In this document: piece after piece, positions 28,347-40,400 of the stretch | Numbering within the stretch: position 1 is the stretch's first letter | How the letters are laid out: each line of letters starts with the position of its first letter | Source: a virus | DNA: 64,000 bases | Strand: one strand, 5' to 3' | IMG/VR virus record: IMGVR_UViG_3300023179_000077 | Coordinates: 1-64,000 of that record | Translations under genes and position numbers: made by a program | Notes under the pieces: generated by a model | The model's input: the letters and a program-made list of their open reading frames with translations, nothing else | Told to the model about the DNA's origin: nothing | The model's database searches: none

Positions 28347-31300
28347 ATGCCAAAGATTATTCCAAATTATACAACAATTCCTGGACAGGGATTTACTATT
28401 TTAGATTTAGATTTAGGAGAAATAGCACTTAACGTTAGTGATGGTAATCTATATCTTAAAAAAGAAACAGCAGGAGTACCAAGTGTTGTTATACTAGCAG
28501 GTCCTGGAAATGTTGCTGTTAGTTCATCATATGCTTTAACATCATCATATGCTAATTATGCTGCTGTAGCATTAAATGCTACTAATTCTCTTAATACTTT
28601 ATTTGGTATATTTTCACTTCATTCGTATTACTCTCAATTAGCAAGAACAGCATCGTTTGCATATAAAGCAGATTATTCTGATTTTGCATTAAAGGCTTTA
28701 ACAGCTACTAATGCTTCAACAGCATCTTTACCTATACGAGGTATAATAACAGCATCAGCTGCTGGTTCTACAATTACATTTACTAAAGGCGATAGCAGTA
28801 CTTTTAACGTTAGCGTAACAACAGCAACTGCTCAAACAGCATCATATGTTACTTCATCTAACGTTGATGGTCCTTATGGTAAAAATAGTATACTAACAGC
28901 ATCATACGCTCTAACAGCATCATTACCGCTTCGAGGTTTAATAACAGCATCCGCTGTCGGCTCTACAATCACGTTTACTAAAGGTGATAGTAGTACTTTT
29001 AATGTTACTATAACAACAGCAACTGCCGAGACTGCATCATATGTATCTTCTTCTAATGTTGATGGTCCTTATGGAAAAAATAGTATATTAAGTGCGTCGT
29101 ATGCTGTAACAGCATCTTATGTTTTAAATGCAATAAGCGCCTCGTATGCTCTTAGTGCCTCACAAGCATTTAGTTCATCATATGCGTTTAGTGCATCACA
29201 AGCAGTTAGCTCATCATACGCACTTAGTGCATCGTTTACTTCAACAGCAAGCTATTCCCTATCATCATTATCAGCATCATATGCTAGTACTGCTTCTAAT
29301 ATAGAAGGAGGTGCTACAAATTATATTACACTATGGAGAACCAATACTGCTTTAACAAGCAGTGTAATGTATCAAAGTAGTAGTAATATTACTATAGGTG
29401 GTGGAGCTATTTTACCTTCAGCTAGGTTAGAAGTAAAAGGAGCAGGCTCTACATCAGCTACTGCTGCTTTAAACGTTATAAATGCTTCATCAACAGATTT
29501 ATTATACTTAAGAAATGATGGTTTTGTAGGTATAGGAACAGCATCTGCTGCTTCTACTGAAAATATGTTCATTAAAAAACAGTGGACTATATTTGATCAA
29601 GGAGTTGATCTTACAAATTATACTATAGTTGATATATCAAATACAACTAGTGTTTTAAGATTAGGAGTTGAAACTAATTCTGGAGGAGGTATAGCAACAA
29701 ATTCTACAGCTTATGCTGGTATAATTGGTACTACAAAAAATATTCCATTACAGTTTATTACTAGCGGCAGTGTAAAAACTACTATAACATCAACAGGTAA
29801 TTTTGGAATAGGTATTACATCACCGTTATATACTTTAGATGTATCAGGCAGTGCTCGTATTACTAGCTCAGTATTCTTACCAGGATTAATTAATACTAGT
29901 CAATCTCATCTTATAAGCTATAATTCAAGTTCAGGACAACTTTATTATTTAGGAACCGGTTCGTTTACAGCTAGTTGGGCTAATAATACTATTAGTGCTT
30001 CTAATGCACAAACAGCAAGTTATATTCTTAACGCTGTATCTGCATCGTTTGCTTCTACAGCTTCATACGTGTTAAATGCAGTCAGCGCATCATTTGCATC
30101 AACTGCTTCGTTATCTCAGAATGCATTAACAGCGTCATTTATAACAGCTTCTAATGTTTGGGGCCCGTTTGGCTCAAACAGTATTATCAGTTCATCGTTT
30201 GCATCAACGGCTTCATATGTTCTTAACGCTGTGTCTGCATCATTTGCAGCAACAGCATCATCCGCAGATAATTTTCTAGTTAGAGGCACACTTACTGCAC
30301 AAACTATTATAGCACAAGTAATAACTTCATCAACTGACTTTGTTACTGGTTCAACTCGTTTCGGTACTCAACTCACTAATACACATCAATTTACCGGCAG
30401 CGTAAGTATAACTGGTAGTTTAACTGTTACTGGAGCTGGAATTACAGGATCGCTGTTTGGAACAGCAAGTTGGGCAGTGAGCGCATCACAAGCACTTACA
30501 GCTTCATATGTGTTAAATGCTGTATCATCATCCTATGCACTAAGTGCATCACAAGCTCAAAATGCAACTACAGCATCATACGTGTTAAATGCTGTTTCAG
30601 CATCATTCGCTAGTACAGCATCGTTTGTTCAAAATGCTATATCTGCTTCGTTTGCTTCTACTGCTTCATATGTGTTAAATGCAGTTAGTGCATCATTTGC
30701 ATCTACTGCTTCATTCGTTCAAAATGCAGTTAGTGCATCATTCGCATCAACAGCATCCTTAGCTCAAAATGCTTTAACAGCATCATTTGTAACAGCGTCT
30801 AATGTTTGGGGCCCATTCGGATCAAATAGTATTATTAGCTCATCGTTTGCTAGTACAGCATCCTTAGCTCAAAATGCAGTTAGTACTTCATTCGCCGCAA
30901 CAGCATCATCCGCAGATAACTTTACAGTACGTGGTACACTTACTGCTCAAACAATAGTAACTCAAGTTATAACTTCAAGTACTGATTTTGTAACTGGTTC
31001 ATCTCGATTCGGTACATTATTAACAAATACACATCAATTTACAGGTAGTGTAAGTATAACAGGAAGTTTAAATGTAGTAGGAGCTGGAATTACAGGTTCA
31101 TTGTTTGGAACATCATCGTGGGCTAACAATGCAATAAGTTCATCTTATGCATTATCAGCATCACAAGCACAAAACGCAGTTAGTGCATCTTATGTATTAA
31201 ACGCTGTAAGTGCTTCATTTGCTAGTACAGCATCCTATGTACTTAATGCAGTTAGTGCTTCATTTGCTAGTACAGCATCGTTCGTTCAGAATGCCGTTTC

Positions 31301-33845
31301 AGCATCGTTTGCTTCTACGGCTTCATTAGCTATAAATGCTCTAACAGCATCTTTTGTTACTGCTTCTAATATATTTGGCCCATTTGGTTCAAATAGTGTT
31401 ATTAGTTCATCATTTGCTTCAACTGCTTCATTCGTCCAAAATGCCATTTCAGCATCATTTGCTGCAACAGCATCTTCAGCTGATAATTTTACAGTACGTG
31501 GTACTCTTACTGCACAAACTATTGTGACACAAGTAATAACATCTTCAACGGATTTTGTAACAGGTTCATCACGTTTTGGAACATTACTTAGTAATACACA
31601 TCAATTCACGGGCAGTGTTTCAATTACAGGTTCGTTAAATGTTACTGGAGCCGGTATAACAGGATCATTATTTGGAACATCATCATGGGCGGTTAGTGCA
31701 TCACAAGCAGTAACAGCTAGTTATGTACTCAATGCCGTATCTGCATCATTTGCTAGTACAGCATCGTTTGTTCAAAACGCAGTTAGTGCTTCGTTTGCAT
31801 CAACTGCTTCATTCGTTCAAAACGCAGTTAGTGCATCATTTGCTAGTACAGCATCATATATAACAGCATCTGGTGTATTCGGCCCATTCGGATCAAACAG
31901 TGTAATAAGCGCCTCACACGCAGTAACAGCAGCGTTTGCTGCTAATTCTAGCGGCGTGAGTGGCGGTGCTGCAAACTATATCACGATGTGGACTAGTGCT
32001 ACAGCATTAAGCAGCAGCACAATATATCAAAGTACTGGTAATATTGGTATTGGTACTATAACACCTAATGCTAAACTTGATGTTAATGGCAATGCAATTA
32101 TCACCGGTTCATTAACAGTAGCGCCAAACAGTAATATAGAATTTCAAGTTCAAACTGCAGGTGTTAAAATAGGTAACGTAATTACTGATGCTCATACAAT
32201 AACAGGTAGTGTAAATGTAAGTGGCAGTGTAACTGCAACTAACTTTACTGGTTCTTTATTTGGTACATCATCGTGGGCAGTAAATGCATTACAAGCATCA
32301 ACAGCCAGTTATATACTTAATGCTATTTCAGCATCGTTTGCATCAACAGCCTCATTTGTTCAGAACGCTGTTTCAGCATCATTTGCTAGTACAGCCTCAT
32401 TCGTTCAAAACGCAGTTAGTGCTTCATTCGCTGCTATAGCATCATCTGCAGATAACTTTGCTGTAAGAAATACATTAACTGCTACTACTATAGTAGTACA
32501 AACTATAACATCATCAATTGATTTCGTAACAGGTTCTAGTCGTTTTGGAACATTACTTAGTAATACACACCAGTTTACTGGTTCAGTAAGTATGACGGGT
32601 AGTTTAACTGTTACTGGAGCTGGAATTACAGGATCATTGTTTGGTACATCATCGTGGGCAGTAAGTGCATCACAAGCATTAACAGCTAGTTATGTACTTA
32701 ATGCTATTAGTGCTTCGTTTGTAGCAACCGCGTCATATATAACAGCATCAGGAGTATTTGGTCCATTTGGTTCAAACAGTGTTATTAGTGCTTCACACGC
32801 AGTAACAGCAGCGTTTGCTGCTAATTCTAGTGGTATAAGCGGTGGGGCTGCAAACTATATTACAATGTGGACTGGGGCTACTACATTAAGCAGTAGTGTA
32901 ATATATCAAAGTGCTGGTAATATAGGAATTAATACTATTTCTCCTAATGCTAAACTTGACATTAATGGTAGTACTATTATTACAGGATCTTTAATTGTTA
33001 GTTCTTCTGCTGTAAGACTTACTGTTAGTGGTTCTCAAGCTTTATTTAATCTTACTGGTACTACTCCTTCAATAGTAATATCAGGAAGTGGTTATACATT
33101 TGCTGCAAGAATTGGTTCAACATCTAATAATCAATATTCTTGGCTTACTAATATATACTATGATGGAGCTAATTTCCAAAAAGATGATACTTCTCGTAGT
33201 GGTTGGAGAATGAATCAAGTAGCAGAAACTACTGATACTACTAGTTCAATGGAGTTTAATTATTTCCCTATTGGAACTACTATTTCTGTTCAACCTTTAG
33301 TAATAAAAAGAAATAGTTTATTAATAAATAACCAAATTACACCTGTTAATACGGGTTCTGTATCTTTTGTAAATTATGCTTTTGCAAACCAAACTGGATC
33401 TGGTTTTTATGGTAGTGGTTCTAATTTAGATAGTGTTAAACTAGCATTCAATAGATCTGATGAATTTGAATTCTCTTCAAGCGGCATGTTTAGAGCAGCC
33501 GATGATATAGTTGGTTTCTACTCATTCTCAGACCGCAATCTAAAATACGATGTAAGACAAGTATGTGGTAGTGTAGCGCTTGATCAAGTACAACAATTAC
33601 AAGGTGTATATTATAAATGGGTAGGAGATCAAGGTAGTAGAGCAAATAGAGAAGAAATAGGTTTAATAGCACAAGATGTAGAAAAAATAATACCTCAACT
33701 TGTACGTGAACAAGAACGTTTAGGTCAAGGTACATTTAAAACAGTCGATTATGATCATTTAACTGCGTTATTAATTGAAGCAATTAAAGAACAACAAAAA
33801 CAAATCGACGAATTAAAATCTAGACTAGATGCCTTTACCAAGTAA
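28347..33845 (+). CDS. Long tail fibre with C-terminal intramolecular chaperone (peptidase S74)
   Basis: N-terminal GEIALN..DG motif; SASFASTASYVLNAV repeats; C-terminal SDRNLK..GLIAQDVE..VDY..L..LLIEAIKEQQ. Confidence 0.88.
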   Translation: MPKIIPNYTTIPGQGFTILDLDLGEIALNVSDGNLYLKKETAGVPSVVILAGPGNVAVSSSYALTSSYANYAAVALNATNSLNTLFGIFSLHSYYSQLARTASFAYKADYSDFALKALTATNASTASLPIRGIITASAAGSTITFTKGDSSTFNVSVTTATAQTASYVTSSNVDGPYGKNSILTASYALTASLPLRGLITASAVGSTITFTKGDSSTFNVTITTATAETASYVSSSNVDGPYGKNSILSASYAVTASYVLNAISASYALSASQAFSSSYAFSASQAVSSSYALSASFTSTASYSLSSLSASYASTASNIEGGATNYITLWRTNTALTSSVMYQSSSNITIGGGAILPSARLEVKGAGSTSATAALNVINASSTDLLYLRNDGFVGIGTASAASTENMFIKKQWTIFDQGVDLTNYTIVDISNTTSVLRLGVETNSGGGIATNSTAYAGIIGTTKNIPLQFITSGSVKTTITSTGNFGIGITSPLYTLDVSGSARITSSVFLPGLINTSQSHLISYNSSSGQLYYLGTGSFTASWANNTISASNAQTASYILNAVSASFASTASYVLNAVSASFASTASLSQNALTASFITASNVWGPFGSNSIISSSFASTASYVLNAVSASFAATASSADNFLVRGTLTAQTIIAQVITSSTDFVTGSTRFGTQLTNTHQFTGSVSITGSLTVTGAGITGSLFGTASWAVSASQALTASYVLNAVSSSYALSASQAQNATTASYVLNAVSASFASTASFVQNAISASFASTASYVLNAVSASFASTASFVQNAVSASFASTASLAQNALTASFVTASNVWGPFGSNSIISSSFASTASLAQNAVSTSFAATASSADNFTVRGTLTAQTIVTQVITSSTDFVTGSSRFGTLLTNTHQFTGSVSITGSLNVVGAGITGSLFGTSSWANNAISSSYALSASQAQNAVSASYVLNAVSASFASTASYVLNAVSASFASTASFVQNAVSASFASTASLAINALTASFVTASNIFGPFGSNSVISSSFASTASFVQNAISASFAATASSADNFTVRGTLTAQTIVTQVITSSTDFVTGSSRFGTLLSNTHQFTGSVSITGSLNVTGAGITGSLFGTSSWAVSASQAVTASYVLNAVSASFASTASFVQNAVSASFASTASFVQNAVSASFASTASYITASGVFGPFGSNSVISASHAVTAAFAANSSGVSGGAANYITMWTSATALSSSTIYQSTGNIGIGTITPNAKLDVNGNAIITGSLTVAPNSNIEFQVQTAGVKIGNVITDAHTITGSVNVSGSVTATNFTGSLFGTSSWAVNALQASTASYILNAISASFASTASFVQNAVSASFASTASFVQNAVSASFAAIASSADNFAVRNTLTATTIVVQTITSSIDFVTGSSRFGTLLSNTHQFTGSVSMTGSLTVTGAGITGSLFGTSSWAVSASQALTASYVLNAISASFVATASYITASGVFGPFGSNSVISASHAVTAAFAANSSGISGGAANYITMWTGATTLSSSVIYQSAGNIGINTISPNAKLDINGSTIITGSLIVSSSAVRLTVSGSQALFNLTGTTPSIVISGSGYTFAARIGSTSNNQYSWLTNIYYDGANFQKDDTSRSGWRMNQVAETTDTTSSMEFNYFPIGTTISVQPLVIKRNSLLINNQITPVNTGSVSFVNYAFANQTGSGFYGSGSNLDSVKLAFNRSDEFEFSSSGMFRAADDIVGFYSFSDRNLKYDVRQVCGSVALDQVQQLQGVYYKWVGDQGSRANREEIGLIAQDVEKIIPQLVREQERLGQGTFKTVDYDHLTALLIEAIKEQQKQIDELKSRLDAFTK

Positions 33846-34392
33846 TGGACCAATATCGTTTGGAGATATAAATGAAGAAGCTCATCTAACAAGAAATACA
33901 GCTAATACTATATTAGCAGGTGGAAGTACTCCCCAAGTCGGTTCATTAGTAAAGTTATATGAAGCTACTGTTAATCAAAGTGCACCTCACGCGTTATCTG
34001 AGTTTAGAGGAGTATATTATGATGCTGTTAGTACTACTTTAGAAGTTAAGTATGAAACAAACTATTTTTACGCTAATATATATGATTATATAAATTCAAC
34101 AACAATAACAATATCTGCTGCTTCGCTAAATGTAATTGGTTATGATGATGGCTCCTGCTCATCTCTTTCAGGAGAATCAGATACAAGTTCAAATGCTTTA
34201 GTAATAAATGGTGGTTCATTAAATGCTAATCAACCTGGTAATTATGGAATGACTTGTAATACAACTTATTATAAATTTTCTGGTAATTTAGTAATAAACG
34301 GGACTAGTAGATATGATGGAGAACAATTCTATATAGGATCAACCTATGTTACTCTATCATTTCCGCAGTCTTGTACTCCCTATTTCTGTTAA
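33829..34392 (+). CDS. Tail-fibre tip / adhesin accessory protein
   Basis: MPLPSNGPISFGDIN..LSEFRG N-terminus typical of genes following S74 fibres. Confidence 0.55.
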   Translation: MPLPSNGPISFGDINEEAHLTRNTANTILAGGSTPQVGSLVKLYEATVNQSAPHALSEFRGVYYDAVSTTLEVKYETNYFYANIYDYINSTTITISAASLNVIGYDDGSCSSLSGESDTSSNALVINGGSLNANQPGNYGMTCNTTYYKFSGNLVINGTSRYDGEQFYIGSTYVTLSFPQSCTPYFC

Positions 34393-34434
34393 TATATTTA
34401 TTGCTGCCTATATAGGCCTTAGAACACCATAGAT

Positions 34435-37400
34435 ATGGCTCAACAAATACTTAAGCTACGTCGCAGTAGCATACCCGGGAAAGTTCCTAGTACTTCTTCT
34501 TTAGATTATGGAGAAATAGCGCTTAACACGTATGACGGTATAGCATACATGAAGCGATCTGGCTCTAATGGAGATGAAATAATTGCTATAGGCGTTGGAA
34601 CATCAGGTAGCTTTACTGGTTCGTTTTTTGGTACTTCAAGTTGGGCCTACAATGCAATATCTGCTGCTTACGCAGCAACCGCATCATCAGCTGATAATTT
34701 TACTGTTAGAGGTACACTTACCGCACAAACAATAGTAGTACAAGTTATTACTTCATCACAAGAATTAATAACTGGTTCTCTTATTGTTAATGGTCCTTTA
34801 ACTGTTAATGGTGGAATAACAGGTTCATTACAAGGTACATCAAGTTGGGCTAATAATGCTGTACAAGCAATAAATGCTGCTACTGCCTCTAATATATTAG
34901 GTGGTACTGCAACATATATACCTTTCTTTAAAACTAATACTACATTAGGCAATAGCACAATGTATCAGATTAGTAATAGTTTTAGCACAACAAGCATTGC
35001 TATTAATGAAACTAATATCACTTCAGCTAATCCTGAAGCATTATATGTGTTTCAGACACATCCAACATCAATAAATGTATTAACAGGTAAAGGTAACTTA
35101 AATAACTATTTACAAAATAATATACAAAACACCAATCAAGGAGTTAGTGCTTCATCTGATGTAGTTGCCACTGCAAATAACGGTAATGAAGATACCAACT
35201 ACATTGATATGGGTATTAATAGCCAAAACTATAGTGCTGGTTTTATTGGTGAAGCTAATGATGCTTATTTATATTCAATAGCAAATAATTTACATATTGG
35301 TAATGCTAATGATAATGGTACTCATGTTGGTTTCTTTGTTGGAGGAACTGATGTAGAAGCATATAATAAATTACAATTAAGTCCCAACAACCAGCATAAA
35401 ATGTCTGGTTCATTAGATATAAGCGGTAGTTTAACTATTAATAATGGTATTACTGGATCTTTATTTGGAACTGCGAGTTGGGCTATAAATGCTTTAACAG
35501 CTTCCTATGCTGCAAACGTACCTGCAACAGCATCATATGCATTACAAGCATTAAGTGCATCATTTGCATCAACAGCTTCCTATGCTGCAAACGTACCTGC
35601 AACAGCATCATATGCATTACAAGCATTAAGTGCATCAAACGCATTAACAGCATCTTATGCTTTAAATGCTCAAGGATCAGGATTCCCATATACTGGATCT
35701 GCAATAATAACTGGTAGTTTAATAGTAACTGGTTCTGTAAATGCAAGTTTAGGCTTTACTGGATCGTTATTTGGCACTGCATCATGGGCTGTTAGTGCAT
35801 CACAAGCATTAACTGCTAGTTATGTGTTAAATGCAGTATCTGCTTCGTTTGCTACATCAGCATCTAGAGCAGTAACAGCATCACTTGCTACAACAGCATC
35901 ATATGTACTAAATGCTGTTAGTGCATCGTTTGCTACCACTGCTAGCTATGTACTTAACGCTGTTAGTGCATCGTTCGCTACTACATCTTCATATGTACTA
36001 AATGCTATTAGTGCATCGTTTGCTTCTACTGCTTCATCTGTCAACCAGCTTAACCAAGCAGTAGTAATATCAGGATCATTAACAGTAACTGGAAGTTCAG
36101 GTACAACACTACTTGTTTCAAACGCTGACACTTTAACGTTTACTGGCTCTATATTCACAAGCGGTTCTATTGTATCAACAGGTAGTTTAAGTATAACTAG
36201 TATAACTAGTTCATTATTTGGAACAGCATCATGGGCAAATAATGCTATATCAGCATCATATGCATTATCTGCTTCGCAAGCACAAAATGCTGTAACTGCC
36301 TCTTATATACTCAATGCTGTTAGTGCCTCATTCGCTGCTACAGCATCATCAGCAGACAACTTTACAGTTAGAAATACACTTACTGCTCAAACTATAGTAG
36401 TACAAACCATCACTTCATCAGTTGATTTTGTTACTGGTTCTACTCGTTTTGGTACTTTACTATCAAATACACATCAATTTACTGGATCAGTAAGTATAAC
36501 AGGTAGTTTAAATGTAGTTGGAGCTGGAATAACAAGTTCATTATTTGGAACTGCTAGTTGGGCTAATAATGCTATAAGTTCATCATATGCTGTAAGTGCA
36601 TCACAAGCTCAAAATGCTGTAACAGCATCTTACGCATTAACAGCTTCTTATGCTTCTAACGTACCTGCTACTTCATCATATGCTTTACAAGCATTAAGTG
36701 CATCGTATGCCAATAATGCAGTAACAGCATCTTATGTATTAAATACAGTTAGTGCTTCGTATGCTTCAACTTCATCTTTACCTTTAGAAGGTATAGTAAC
36801 CGCTTCGGTTGCCGGTTCAACAATAACATTCACTAAAGGTAATAGCAGTACTTTTAATGTTACTATAGCAACAGCTACTGCTGAAACGGCATCATATGTT
36901 ACTTCATCTAATGTTGATGGTCCTTATGGAAAAAATAGCATATTAAGCGCTTCGTATGCTGTCACGGCATCATATACTGTATCTGCTTCATATGCTACTA
37001 GTGCATCACAAGCATATAATGCTACTACAGCATCATATGTACTAAATGCAATAAGTGCATCTTATGCTACTAGTGCTTCTTACGCTGTATCTGCATCACA
37101 AGCTCAAAATGCAACAACTGCAAGCTATACATTAAACGCAGTTAGTGCATCATATGCTCAAACAGCATCTTATGCTACAAACATTACAATATCAGGATCA
37201 ATCACTGGAGTTGATTATATTAATTTTGATACTACAGCTTCATTTGCTGCTGCTGTTGGTAGATTAGGATATGACAATGGTGAAGGTACTTTAACTTTAG
37301 GACTACAAGGCGGAAATGTTACTTTAAAAATTGGAAATGATTTATACCAATACGTCTATAATAATACAACATCATCATTAACATTAGGTCAAGTAGTTTA

Positions 37401-40400
37401 CATTTCAGGATCGCAAGGTAATAGAATAGCAGTTAAACTAGCTTCTGCAACTGCAGAACAAGGTTCAGCAAATACATTAGGATTTGTAGCTGAAACTATT
37501 GCTGCTGGTGCTGAAGGTTGGGTAATGACTGAAGGTACTTTAAGAAAATTAAATACTACTGGATTAATAGGAGGACAATTAATATACTTAGATGTTATAC
37601 CTGGTGCTTATACTCAAACACCTCCTGTAGCTCCTGCTCACGGAGTAAGATTAGGATACGCTGAAAGAATAAGTGCTACTGTAGGATCTATCTATGTAAA
37701 AATAGATAATGGATATGAATTAGGAGAATTACATAATGTAGTTGATTCTACTACAACGTCTTCATTTGGGGATTTACTTGTTATAAGTGGTAGTGTTTGG
37801 ATAAATTCAAAACAACTAACTGGATCTTACGGATTAACAGGTTCGTTAAGTGCTACATCATTTACTGGTAGTTTATTTGGAACATCAAGCTGGGCGAACA
37901 ATGTAATTAGTGCTTCTTATGTTTCAAATGCTGGTTTATTAAATGGAACTTCATCTGCTGTTTTTGCTACTACTGGTTCAAATAATTTTATAGGAATTGA
38001 AAATATAACAGGTAGTTTAAACGTATCAGGTTCTCAATCGTTTATAGGAACTTCTATTAGTGTAGGAAACCAAATAGTTACTGGTAGTTTAATTACTAGT
38101 GGCTCTAACACATTAATAGGAAATACTAGTCTTACTGGATCTGTAAATATATCTGGTTCTACAACACAAGTTGGAAATAATAATTTACTTGGTAGTACTA
38201 CTTTATCAGGTAGTGTTGTTGTGTCTGGATCTCTTAATGCTTCTGCTAATCTTACATTACAAGGTCATTTAAGATTAGATCCAGGACAAGATCCAGGCAA
38301 TAATAACTTCACAGCATCTTACTTGTTTACGTCTGCTTCTAATACAAATACTGGCTATGATTTATATTATCGTCAAGATGGTAACTTAATCAAGTTCAAA
38401 TGGTTAGAAGGTGGGTTAAGTTCAGGTATATTATATGGAGGAACAATTTCTTATAGCGGCAGTGTAATATATGTTAAAAAAGGTACAGGCATCATTAATA
38501 ACATGAATGCTACTACCAGTTCAGAAATTAACCCAATTCTTACATATGTTAGTTGGAATGATTATACCTCGTCTGCTCAATATATTACATCATCTCAAAT
38601 TACTTATCTATATGTTAATCCATCAGGAAGTATAGTTCAACAAACTTCTTACTTTGATCAAACACAGTATGAACAAGCTCTGCCTTTAGGATTAGTTGTT
38701 CATCCAAACTATACTACTATTACTTCACAAGAAAGTAGCGTTCAAACTACATATGATAGTGATACTCAACAAAATGATTTTATTAGAGCATTTGGTCCTA
38801 TAAAAGTAAATGGATTTACTCCTTCTGGTCAAACTGGTTCTTTAAGAATTAATATTGGAAGCGGTACTGCATTTACTTTAGGAGGATTTTACAGTCAAAA
38901 TCAAAACAGTCCTTCACACTATACAGCGACTGCTGCAACTACTGCTTCTCTAGCTAGAGCTTACAGAACAGGCTCAGGAGTATACTTAGACAGTAATAAT
39001 AATGCTTATTATACTGTTATTGATCCTTCAAAGTATGATAATGGAAATGGATTATCAAACGTAGCTGGAACTAATGCTACTATACAACGTATATTCTATA
39101 ATCCTGTAGATAAACGAGCAGTAGTTTATTATGGTCAGAACACATATAGCTCATTAGCAAACGCATTAACTGCTTTACCATCAGATAGTTTCACAGAAGG
39201 AGAATTTACAGCTAAAGCATTACTTTTTGTTGGTTATATAATAGTACAAGGTAATGCTAGTGATCTATCCAATACCGGTCAAGCACTTTTCATTCAAGCA
39301 GGTGTATTCCGAAATACAGCTGGTGGTTCTTCTGGTGGAGGAGCTATAGCCCAATCATTAGACGATTTATCAGATGTAACTATTACTACCCCAACAAATG
39401 GACAAGCACTAATATATCAAGGTGGTGTATGGGTAAATGGTACACCTCTAAATGCAACTTCTGCTTCATTTGCTACATCTGCTTCTCAAGCACAAAATGC
39501 TGTGACAGCATCATATATAATAAACGCGGTTAGTGCATCATATACTTTATCCGCTTCAAATGCTCAAACAGCATCTTATGTTTTAAACGCTATCAGTTCT
39601 TCATTCGCTACTAGCGCATCGTATGCATTATCAGCTTCACAAGCCCAAAATGCGGTATCTGCTAGCTATGTACTAAATGCTATTAGTGCATCATTCGCTA
39701 CTAGTGCATCATACGCATTATCAGCATCACAAGCACAAAACACAGTAACAGCTAGCTATATATTAAACGCTGTTAGTGCATCATATGCCGCTACCGCTTC
39801 ATCAGCAGACAATTTCTTAGTAAGAAGTACATTAACTGCTCAAACATTAATAGTTCAAACTATTACTTCAAGCACTGACTTTGTAACTGGTTCATCTCGT
39901 TTTGGTACACTGTTTAGTAATACTCATCAGTTCACAGGCAGTGTAAGTATAACTGGATCATTAAACGTTGCTGGAGCCGGAATAACAGGATCATTGTTTG
40001 GAACGGCATCGTGGGCAAGTAATGCAACCACTGCAAGTTATATATTAAACGCAGTTAGTGCTTCGTTTGCTAGCACGGCTTCTAATGTGTTAGGAGGAGC
40101 TACTAATTATATTCCACTATGGAACGGAGCTACTACGTTGAGTAGCAGTGTAATATATCAGAGCAGTGGAAACGTTCTTATTGGTACTACAACAGATAAT
40201 GGATACAAATTGAGTGTCCAAGGAGGAGATGTTACTATACAATCTGGTCGTACATTGGATTGGGGTTTTGGAAACATGCGTATAATAAATAGTACGTACG
40301 ACATGGTGTTCCAAACCTACAATGGCGCATCTACTGCTGAAGCGATGCGTATAAAGGGATCTGGAAATGTAGGTATTGGTACTTCTGCTCCATCAGCAAA